Assembly: GCA_009914755.4 (NCBI GenBank)
Contig: CP068257.2
Coordinates: 28,384,001 to 28,448,000 of the forward strand
DNA length: 64,000 nt
Direction: 5' to 3'
DNA from: the human T2T-CHM13v2.0 reference genome, Homo sapiens
The notes under the pieces were generated by a model, which ran no database searches, had not been told where the DNA came from, and saw only the letters and a list, made by a program, of their open reading frames with translations. Shown here in pieces: positions 53,804 to 64,000 of the stretch. The translations under genes were made by a program, and so were the position numbers. Numbering within the stretch: the first letter of the stretch is position 1; each line of letters begins with the position of its first letter.

Positions 53804-55448
53804 TGATTTCTGCTGCAGGTCCATTGCTCATGTGAAAACCTGAGAAATTCCAGGAAAAGAAGAGACGTGCCTTTCTCCAGTGTTGTTTTTATGGGAGATG
53901 GGGGCAGGCAAGCCATCTTTCCAAGAAGCCTCCAGCATTCTTCTCTATTTCTTTAATGAGCAGAATTTCTCATGTGCTCATTATTAAACTGAGCACTGAG
54001 GAGCAAGAAGAGATGGTCACGGCTGCTTAATGAAGCACGTGATCGTGGGAAGACGTTGGGATGCTGAGTAACAAGGATGCTCTGTAAGTAAGAAAGGGTG
54101 GGCCGAACAGGAGAGACAAAAAGAAAACAGAGGACAAGTTCCAAACACCACAAATGAACACGTTTTCTTTCAAAAGTTGCATATATTTATCCAATATGTC
54201 TTGTGTAACCAGAATCAGGCAGTCTCTTGACTCACTAGGCCATGATCCCAAACGTCTACCAGTCTTACCATGCTTCATTTGATACTACCCTATTTTTTCC
54301 TATGTTGTTTTGGCTTATTATTTACTGTCTTTAATACATACCTTACCTCACTAATTAGTGCATTATCTTCCTTGCTCTTTCCCTTCCTTTTTCTTCCCTT
54401 TACCCATCCTCTTTTATTTACATTTTTTACTGGCCACTTGCTTATTTTGATACCTCAAGATGCTAATAGACCTTAAAGCTCTGTATGCCTTTCTCAAAGA
54501 ACAGGAGTAAATCCTTTCATATGTGCCTTCCCTGTGTTTAGCACATGCTAATTTCGTTGCAGGTTCTCAAGGAAATGCTTGCTGAAGACTGCATACATTG
54601 AAAAGGCCAGAGGGTGGCACCGTGGTGAACCAAGCCTGGTGACGCCCTCAAGTCCCAGTGCTGCAAGTTGCTGCTGATTCACTTCTCCAATGAGTCCACA
54701 TTTTAGTATTCGATGGTCTAGGAATTATCATGCACATGTAACTTGGTCTAAACTAGAACAGATTCTTTACTACCAGGATTTACATTTCTGATGTTTTAGT
54801 TATTCTGGTTTATAAGAGTCTTCAGAGAATTCCTGGTTTTGTTACCATTTAGCCTGTTTCCATCCTTGTCAAAATATTTGTCTTGACTATTAAGACAGAA
54901 TAAGGAAGTTATCTGTGTGATGTAGCTGAAAGGGTTAAATTTCTTGGTCACTTAATCAGAGAATCCAAAATGTTTGTTCTTCATTTTTGGAAGGCAAGGA
55001 GCTTCACTTAGCCTGAAAATATTCATCAGTAAACAAATAGAATTAATAATATTAATGCCAGGTATGAAAAGGAGGGCTTTTCCCATAAGGGAAAGGATAT
55101 ACTCGGCTAGTGATAGCGGAAACCCGGCAGTAGTGTACAATCCAGTCCCAGGCATATGGCTCAAGTCTGCTGCCAAATCACACAACTTGAAGCTATCAGG
55201 TGGCACTGCCTTTGTTAGTGGATAGTGCCATCTTCATACACCATGGGCAGTGACACTTCTATTCCCCTGTCCCGTCTCTCAGAGCTTGTTCATCCTCAGG
55301 CCTTTTATACCAATATGTGTATTGATGATCCTTTTAAATAATACTAGGATGTACAGGTTGAGAGCAAGATAGCGTGAGTTAACATTTTCATAGAAACAGA
55401 ACTGAGACATAAAAAGCATTAGCAGACTATATGTTTTAGCTCATTCTA

Positions 55449-55794
55449 GTTGTTATAACAAAATACCATAGACTGGGTGGCTTATAAACAAGAGAAATTT
55501 ATTCTCACAGTCCACAGTCTGACAAGTGCAAGATGAAGGCACTGGAAGATTCATTATCAAGTGAAGGCTCGCTTCTTGGTTCATAGAAGGCATCTCCTTG
55601 CTCCATCCTCATATGATGGAAGAGGCAAACAACCTCCCTTGAGCCTCATTTAATAAGGACACTAATACCATGCGTGAGGGCTCCACCTTCATTACATAAT
55701 CATCTCTCAAAAACCCACCTCTTAAAACCATCACCATGAGGGTTAGAATTTCAGCCCATGAATTTTAGAGGGTACAAACATTCAGACTATAGCA
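55449..55794 (-). mobile_element. MaLR-type solitary LTR (MLT1/MST-like), antisense
   Basis: agttgttataacaaaataccatagactgggtggcttataaacaagagaaatttattctcacagtccacagtctgacaagtgcaagatgaaggcactgg..ggctcgcttcttggttcatagaaggcatctccttgctccatcctcatatgatggaagaggc..taataaggacactaataccatgcgtgagggctccaccttcattacataatcatctc..ccatcaccatgagggttagaatttcagcccatgaattttagagggtacaaacattcagactatagca. Same family as 3318 (+) and 12373 (-). Confidence 0.5.
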
Positions 55795-56636
55795 CTATGC
55801 CTTCATTTTGGGAGCCCAAATCTTTCTAGTGGGATTCTTGAATTTTAAAATGAGCAAAGTTATTGATATTATGTTTCTGTAACTAGATTCTCTTACCATC
55901 TCACTTTCCAATTCTGATATAATGACCAGTATAGAAAAAACACTCATAAAATTTGCTTCTGTATCTTGGACATATAAGAAATGTAGGGTCAAAAAGTCTT
56001 AAGAGTCAATATTTAAGAGCTATTATACATTTCCCTTAAATAAGAAGTAATGGCTTCTGAGTAAATGTTTTTACAGAACATCTATTTTTTTCTTATGGTT
56101 TACTGATACAATAAGTTTGGTCTAAAAGGGAGCAATAGGTTGATCATAGGTTAATTATATAATTTACATTACCCAAAAGCAAAAATTCCAGAAGATATTA
56201 CATACCAATTTATATATGGGAAGCCAAAAATATTGTTCAGATTTATGCCTTCTTGATTGTTAGTGTAAGTCACCGATAAATATCTGTGTCATCTGAAATT
56301 GATTTTCAAAACAATCTTGCTATTATTTATTAAAGTCATGGGTCAACCCAAGTCAAAACATTAGTAGAAAAAGCGTTCTTATTTATGTTAATGACTACAA
56401 AAATCATTGAATATCTTTTAAAGTTTTCAAAATGTCTCCTAAAATAGACCTATTTAAGCAATTCATTTTTAATTGAGAATTTTACACAATTATAGAGGTA
56501 CACTTATGACAAATTTAGCTCTGCTAAATATGATAATAATTTATTTAATTTTCTATTAAAGGGGAAAATAATCCATATCTCACAGGGTTTTATAAGGATA
56601 AATTGAGTAGTATATGGGGACACACTTAAATGTTGC

Positions 56637-58914
56637 TGATATGGTTTGGCTGTGTCCCAACCCAAATCTCACACTGAATTGTGATAATCCCCATGTGTCA
56701 AAGGTGGAGATAATAGAATCATGGGGGCAGTTTCCCCCATACTCTTCTTGTGGTAGAGAATAAGTCTCACTAGAGTTGATTGTTTTATAAAGGGCAGTTC
56801 CCCTGCACATGCGCTCTTGCCTGCCACCATGTGAGACATGCCTTTGCTCCTCCTTTGCTTTCTGCCATGATTGTGAGGCCTCCCCAGCCATGTTGAACTG
56901 TGAGTCCATTAAATCTCTTTACTTTATAAATTACTCAGTCCTAGGTGTGTCTTTATAAGCACCATAAGAGCAAACTAATACAGTAAATTGGTGCCCACAG
57001 AGTGGGATGCTGCTGTAAAGACAGCCAAAAATGTGGAAGTGACTTTGGAACTGAGTAACAGGCAGAGGTTGGAACAGTTTGGAGGGCTCAGAAGAAAACA
57101 AGAAAATGTGAGAAAGTTTGCAACTTCCTAGAGACTTGTTGAATGACTTTACCCAAAATGCTGATAATGATATGGACAATGAAATCCAGGCTGATGTGAT
57201 CTCAGATGGAGACGAGGAACTTGTTTGGAGCTGGATTAAAGATGACTCTTGCTATGTTTTAGCAAAAAGACTGGCAGCATTTTGCCCCTGACCTAGAAAT
57301 TTGTGGAACTTTGAACTTGAGAGAGCTGATTTAGGGTATCAGACAGAAGAAATTTCTAAGCAGCAAAGCATTCAAGATGTGACTTGGGTGCTGTTAAAAG
57401 CACTCAGTTTAAAAAAAAAAAAAACAGCATAAAAGTTCAGAAAATTTGTAGTCTGGTGATGCAATAGAAAAGAAAAACTCATTTTCTAAGGAGAAATTCA
57501 AGCTGGCTGCAGAAATTTGCATAAGTAACAAGGAGCCAATTTCCCCCCATTTACAGTGGGGAAAATGTCTCCACAGCATGTCAGAGACCTTTGCAGCAGC
57601 CCCTCCCATCACAGGCCTGGAGGCTTAGGAGGGAAAATGATTTTGTGGGCCGGGCCCAGCACCTCCCTGGTGTGTGCAGCCTAGGGACTTTGTGCCCTGC
57701 ATCCCAGCCACTCTAACCATGGCTAAAAGGGTCCAAGGTACAGATCAGGCCATGGCTTCAGAAGATGCAAGCCCCAAGCCTTGGTGGCTTCCATGTGTTG
57801 TTGAGCCCACCAGTACAGAGAAGTCAGGAATTGAGGTTCAGGAACCTTTGCCTAGATTTCAGAGGATGTATGAAAATGCCTGGATGTCCAGGCTGAAGTT
57901 TGCTGCAGGGGAGAAGCCCTCATGCAAAACCTCTGCTAGGGAAGTTTGGAAGGGAAATGTGGGATTGAAGCCCCAACACAGAGTCTCCACTGGGGCATTG
58001 CCTAGTGGAGCTGTAAGGAAAGGGCCACTGTCCTCTAGACTGAAGAATGGTAGGTCCACCGACAGCTTGCACCGTGCTCCTGGAAAAGTTGCAGACACTC
58101 AATGCCAGCTCATGAAAGCAGCTGGGAAGCAGGATGTACCCTGCAAAGCCACAGGGGCAGAGCTGCCCAAGACCCTGGGAACCTACCTCTTGCATCAGCG
58201 TGACCTTAATGTGAGACACAGAGTCAAAGTAGATCATTTTGGAGCTTTAAGATTTGACTGCCCTGTTGGATTTTGGACTTGCATAGGGTCTGTAGCCCCT
58301 TTGTTTTGGCCAATTTCTCCCATTTTAAATTGGTGTATTTACCTAATGCCTGTACCCCCATTGTATCTAGGAAGTAACTGACTTGCTTTTGATTTTACAG
58401 GCTCATAGGTGGAAGGGACTTGCCTTATCTCAGATGAGACATTGGACTATGGACTTTTGAGTTAATGCTGAAATGAGTTAAGACTTTGGGGGTCTGTCGG
58501 GAAGGCATGGTTGGTTTTGAAATGTGAAGATATCAGATTTGGAAGGGGCCAAGGACAAAATGATATGGTTTGGCTATGTCTCCACCCAAATTTCACCTTG
58601 GATTGTAATAAAACCCAGGTGGAGATAATTGAATCATGGGGGTGGTTTTCCCATACTGTTCTCATGGTAGTAAATAAGTCTCATGAGAGATGATGGTTTT
58701 ATAAAGGGCAGTTCCCCTGCACACAGACTCTTGCCTCCACCATGTAAGATGTGCGTTTGCTCCTCATTTGCCTCCTGCCGTGATTGTGAGGCCTCTCCAA
58801 CCATGTGGAACTGTGAGTCCATTAAACCTCTTTCCTTTATAAATTACTCAGTCCTGGGTATGTCTTTATTAGCAGCATGAAAACAAACTCATATAGTTGC
58901 CTAGGACACAGTTC
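56637..58914 (+). mobile_element. Full-length THE1/MST (MaLR) retroelement: 5' LTR 56637-56984, internal region 56985-58560, 3' LTR 58561-58914; 5-bp TSD GTTGC
   Basis: Both LTRs begin tgatatggtttggct(g/a)tgtc.ccacccaaat.tcac..t.gaattgt.ataa..ccca.gtg..ggagataat.gaatcatggggg..gttt.cccatact.ttct..tggtag..aataagtctca..gag.tgat.gttttataaagggcagttcccctgcaca..ctcttgcct.ccaccatgt.aga..tgc.tttgctcctc.tttgc.t.ctgcc.tgattgtgaggcctc.cca.ccatgt.gaactgtgagtccattaaa.ctcttt.ctttataaattactcagtcct.ggt.tgtctttat.agc. The internal region matches THE1-int (ggtgcccacagagtgggatgctgctgtaaagacagccaaaaatgtggaagtgactttggaactgagtaacaggcagaggttggaacagtttggagggctcagaag..gcataagtaacaaggagcc..gggccgggcccagcacctccctggtgtgtgcagcctagggactttgtgccctg..ccattgtatctaggaagtaactgacttgcttttgattttacaggctcataggtggaagggacttgccttatctcagatgagacattggactatggacttttgagttaatgctgaaatgagttaagactttggggg). 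gttgc occurs immediately before the 5' LTR (56632-56636) and after the 3' LTR (58915-58919). Confidence 0.75.
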
Positions 58915-59554
58915 ATACCCAAAGAAAAACTTAAAAAATATTTTCCTTGTTACTTTTCTATGGTAGGCAGAATAATGGCTCCTACAGAGATCCATGTTCT
59001 AATTTCCAAAACCTGTCATGGCAAAAAGGGACTTTACAGATGTGATTAAATCAAGGACTTTGAGATAGGGAGATAATCTGGATTATCCAGGGGGATCCGA
59101 TGTAGTTGCAAGGGTCCTTATTAAGAGGAAGGAAGGAGGGTCAGAGTCAGAAAAATTCTGCGTAATGACAAAGAGGAGAGAAGCAGAGTCAGAGAGAGAA
59201 GATACTACGTGAGTTACTTAGAAGATGGAGGAAGAGGTTATGAGCCCAAAGATGCAGGTGGCTTCTAGAAAAGGCAAACAAATAGCATCCCTTCTATATC
59301 CTTTCTGTTTACACCTTGATTTTAGCCCCTTAAGACTCAGTTTTGGATTTCTGACCACCAGAACTGTAAGATAAAATCCTTTGTTGCTTTAAACCACCAG
59401 ATTTGTGGTGACATGAGCAGTAGAAAACTGACCTACACCTCCCTGTTCATGTTCTAGAACTTCTAGGGTAATTCCTCAAGTTTTACCTTTAGGTATCTTC
59501 TCTGCCTGTGAGACCATTACCAATGGAAAAGGATCTTCCCATTGCTTTTTAGGT

Positions 59555-59605
59555 CAGAGAAAGAGAGAGAGGGAGAGAGAGAGAGAGAAGGAAGAGCAAG
59601 AAAAA
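59555..59605. repeat. (GA)n / AG-rich microsatellite
   Basis: agagaaagagagagagggagagagagagagagaaggaagagcaagaaaaagaggaag. Confidence 0.8.
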
Positions 59606-60397
59606 GAGGAAGCAAGCCAGGTAGAGCGGTGAATGCTGTAATGCAAAGGTAACATAAATGTGAGACATTTTTCAGGGGGCGGGGCATGGGGGAAGGCATA
59701 CTGGAGAAGCTTTAGTGCTGCTAGTTAGAAAGATGAATTTTGGTACAAATAGCGACTCCAGTGTTAAGGGTAATCAAGTCTTAAGTTGTATAAATAATAT
59801 CCAACATTTCTTTAATAAAAACAAGGGAAATAAAATACCTGTGTTCTTATCCTTCTGGGAAAAATGATGATAGAAAGAACCATTCAGTCATTTCCAAGAT
59901 GTCACAGGCATTCTTCTAGTAAGGAGGTAGAGGCCATGCTGTTGTTTTCCAGAGGGGTGCTACCAGTGTTGAATGCCACTGAATTCTTAAGTTGCACTTT
60001 TAATCTTTCAATATATTTTTTGTTCTGGGAGCAATAATCCCATTGAGACTCAGGGCAGGGAGTTAAGGTACATTTAGGAAATGCTGATAAAAATAAAGTA
60101 AGCCCTTCAAAAGATCAGTGAGAAACCCAGGCTCAAGGTCTTGTTGTTTCACCAGCCTCAGTACAGGACAATTAGCCCTGTATCCACTCTACAGGAGGCC
60201 AACCGTTAGATGCCCCTTTGCCGTGCAGAGCCTAGACTTGCATAGAATTAGAATGGGTCCCAGCCTCCATACCTCCTTCCATTTCTCAAGAAAATATCAT
60301 GTATTTTCCATCTCCTTGCTAAATGATTTCATGTAGGGCTTGATTTTGATTTCTCTTAAGAAGTTAATTATCTAGGAAAAAAGGTCATAGCTCATTG

Positions 60398-60537
60398 CAG
60401 CTTTGAACTCCTGGACTCAAGTGATCCTCTTGCCTCAGTGTCTCAAGCAGCTGGGACTACAGGTGTGCATTACCATGCCCAGCTAATTTTTATATTTTTT
60501 GTAGAGACATGGTCTCTCTGTGTTGCCCAGGCTGGGT
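60398..60537 (-). mobile_element. Alu fragment (central part of the element), antisense
   Basis: ctcattgcagctttgaactcctggactcaagtgatcctcttgcctcagtgtctcaagcagctgggactacaggtgtgcattaccatgcccagctaatttttatattttttgtagagacatggtctctctgtgttgcccaggctgg is the reverse complement of Alu positions about 85-230. No poly(A) and no left-arm end. Confidence 0.7.
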
Positions 60538-62597
60538 ACCCTTTTCTGAAAAGCAGCCTTCATATAGAAATTAGAAAACCTGGGCCCTGTGTAGGGACAC
60601 AAATAACAGAATAGAAACACGTTTGAAGACCCTAGAAAAAGGAAGCTGGAGTAACAGAAGCTAAAACCTTTCTTCTTTGTATGCATCTTAAAATAGAAGT
60701 ATATTGATAAAAATGAAGGTATTATAGGAGATTTTGTTTTTAGAGCCAAAAGCTAAGCCAACTCCTTTTTCTGTTTTTACTTCTCTGCTGAATCGCTGTC
60801 CTGTCCTCCAAAGAGGACCCTGCCCTTACCATTGCACTTTTGCCTTGCTCTTTTAGCCTCCAAGATATAATCACCAGAGTTATAGTAGATGTTCTTTATT
60901 CCTCTTAAGAGATGCATTTTTGCACCTGAACTCTGTAGCTGAACTTCTTTCTCTGGTCTGTCTGATTCTCAGGACTGACTTTTTATTTATTTTTTTAATA
61001 CTTTGGAAAACTTTTGCTATATTTGGCTATATACATTTAAAGAAAATGAAAGACATCTCATTTTCATTGTTTGGTCTCTAAATCTACCACTGCTGTCCTG
61101 TATCAGTTAGCTATTGCTGTGTAACAAGCCAACCAAATTTCAGTGGATTATAGACCCAAAAGTATCCTTTATTGCTTATGAGTCTCCAGGTTAGCTGAGC
61201 AGTTCTGGTCACAGCTGGGCCCAGGCACATAGCTTCAGTTAGCTGTGGGTGTGGCAAACGTGGCTCTGATGACCTTGGCTGGTCCTTCTCACGTTCTCCA
61301 GAATCAACTGGCTGCAAACAAGTCTAGGATGGCCTCAGCTGTGATAACTGGGATCTCTTCATATGGTGTCTCACTCCTGCAGGCTAGCCTGGATTTGTTC
61401 ACAGGACAGTGATGGAGTTCTGAGAGAGCATGGAAACCCACACAGCCACTGACGTCCGCCTTAGATTCAGCACATGGTTACTTTCACTGCATTCTATTGA
61501 CCAAAATAAGTCCAAAGGTCAACTTAAGGCAGAGAAACAGACTCCATCTCTTAAAGGGAGGAACTGCAAATGGAGGGAGAGAGAAAGTACAAGGAATATT
61601 TTTTTAAATCAACGAACATATTTCTCTGTGTGGAAAAGCTAGAGCATGCCCTACTATTGCTTTAACAAAGAAAACCATCCTAAACTGGCTTTTGGTTTTG
61701 AATACTGTGTTTGGTTCAATGGTTTTAACAAAACAGATGTCAATCTTTGAAAACATAGTCTACCACTTAATTCTTTCTGCTTAGATCTTCCCACAAATAT
61801 GGAACATCTGCCCTTGAATAGACAAAATAATAAAGAAAAGTGGTATGTGGAGTCTGAGACTTCAGTTCATCAGAATATACCTTTGCTTCTGCAATGCCTT
61901 TTAATTACAATAGATTGAAAAACAACAAAAACCTTACAAACAAAACCTCTAATTCTTCTTCAAATTAGTAAAGAAATATACTCCTTGCTTGGTTTCAACA
62001 ACAAGCTTTCTACTAACATTACTTGTTTTCACACTTCTTACATCTATAGTCTATTCTGGATGGGAGAGTTTTATTATCTCATGTATACATTTAATTAAGT
62101 AGCTTTAATTAATAAGGCAAGAAAGTTTTGCCTGAAGAACCCTGGATGATTTTTTTCTGTCAGGGCCAAGAAAAGTTGATTAGCACCTAGAATATCCATT
62201 CTCTGGAACTCAACAATGTCTTCAGGTTTTAGACTGAAACTGACATTGCTCCTTTTGAATAAGGGTGAATTTTCTTCTCAGAGACCTCAGGTGTGTACTT
62301 TTCATTGGCTATTTGAGTGTCTTCTCCTAATAAAGACATCTTACTGGTCTGTTGGTCACTGGTTTTCCTCCCTAGCCTCTATAGGCTTTCTGTAGCTTGC
62401 AGTGTAATTTTTCACATGAACAATTTCTAAAGAGCAAACAATTCTGCATAATGCTTGTACATTCATTTCTCCAGAAACTTGCTATTTATCTTTCAGGAGA
62501 AAATCTACTTCTTTCAATGTGTGGTCCCATATAGGTTGCAGAGCAAAAAAAAAATTGTATGTGAAAATGAGATGAAAATCTCACCTAAGTGATATAT

Positions 62598-62620
62598 TTG
62601 TGTGTGTGTGTGTGTGTGTA
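62598..62620. repeat. (TG)n microsatellite
   Basis: tgtgtgtgtgtgtgtgtgtgtat. Confidence 0.85.
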
Positions 62621-62670
62621 TAGTTCAGAAAGCTACACTTTTTTCTCTCTGCCTTCCATATTTTCTTTAA

Positions 62671-63000
<330 letters not shown>

Positions 63001-64000
63001 TACAATGCATTCTTATTAATAGCTTGTAAAGGGCCACTGGCACCTCTAGGCTTTTCGTTAGTGTCAATTAATTATGAATACGCTTGACAGAAAGATTCAG
63101 TTATCCAATGGGGATATTTTTGATAAAGGCTTTTAATCATACAGAAGCTCACTTCTGAATGTGCCGTAAGTGGTAAAGGGGCTCTTCTCTTAAAAGGCAG
63201 TAATCCTTTACTGTGGAGGCTCACAATAAAAACACAGCTACGATATATGTCAGGGCTCCTCCTGCTTCTCAGACTCATTGTCCAGAACTTTAATTTTTCA
63301 AGAGGTAAAGCACTGAAGTTATTCCATCCAGAGGCACACACATTCTTCAATTTAGTCTCTATCTTGAATCCCTGCTTGATTTTCTGTCCTGGAGAAGCAA
63401 GTCTGAACAATCTCCATTTCCCTTTGTTGAGCTGCTACCTAGCAATATTCATGTAGCATTGTTTGTGCTTGGCCTGACTGACTGTCCTAGTATTAAGTAT
63501 CTTTGTCATTATTATTGTTAAATATTTTTGAGCTCTTCGTACATGCTGGGAAGGCTTTGCATTAGGGTGAGATGTTGAGAAACCAGTCCCAGGTGGAGAG
63601 CAACCAGTCTATCATATCTGCCTATTTCTGCCAAATGCTTCTTTCCATTGCTTTGGGAAAGAGCTGTTTGTTACTATGGTTATTTTTATTATATTGGCAG
63701 GAGATATAAAAGCTTAGCTGTCTGCAGTTCTGCATGTGATACTGGGATATATAGGAGAACAACTCTTTGGGGTACAGCTTTTCTTCCAATTCCGTTCATC
63801 CTCTCTATGACCAGACCTTTCCAGGGTGCTGCCGGGCAGGAAAGCTGCCTCGGTTGCAATTCCATCTCAGGAATTCTGGGCAGCCAACTTTCTACATTTT
63901 GCTTTGCCAACATTATTCCACCTGCTTTCTTTCAGACCATTTTGTTTAACTATCTCCCTCTGCTGATGCCTTCACCAATCCCCCAACACACACTTTCTTT

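Noticed and set aside
57674-58381. 235-aa ORF, the longest in the window
   Set aside because: Falls inside the THE1/MST internal region, which in MaLRs is non-coding (no gag/pol/env). No recognisable domain motifs, and the frame is broken in the consensus. Treated as a chance ORF.

Overview
This window is primate (human-type) nuclear DNA from an AT-rich, gene-poor region, either intergenic or deep intronic. It is not prokaryotic. There are no operons, CRISPR arrays or defence-island architecture. Almost every six-frame ORF supplied sits inside a recognisable interspersed or simple repeat.

Read directly from the sequence:
- About 19 Alu copies, both full-length and monomeric or truncated, many with clear target-site duplications (TSDs).
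- Several LINE-1 (L1) fragments, including a rearranged antisense L1 covering the ORF2 3' region and ORF1.
- A full-length THE1/MST (MaLR) retroelement with both LTRs and a 5-bp TSD.
- Solitary MaLR LTRs, a solo HERV-H LTR7 nested inside an Alu that is itself nested in an L1, a candidate ERV1 solo LTR, a MIR, and a hAT-Charlie DNA transposon carrying nested L1 and Alu insertions.
- Many microsatellites, a 267-bp polypyrimidine tract, and a 600-bp, 21-bp-unit minisatellite (VNTR) next to a local 135-bp segmental duplication.

I see no convincing protein-coding gene and no evidence for a previously undescribed biological system. Two speculative splice-flanked mini-exon candidates and one CpG-retaining TATA-containing segment are noted as low-confidence leads. 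Family names are assigned from memory of consensus sequences. RepeatMasker/Dfam would be the decisive check. All coordinates are approximate to within a few bases.
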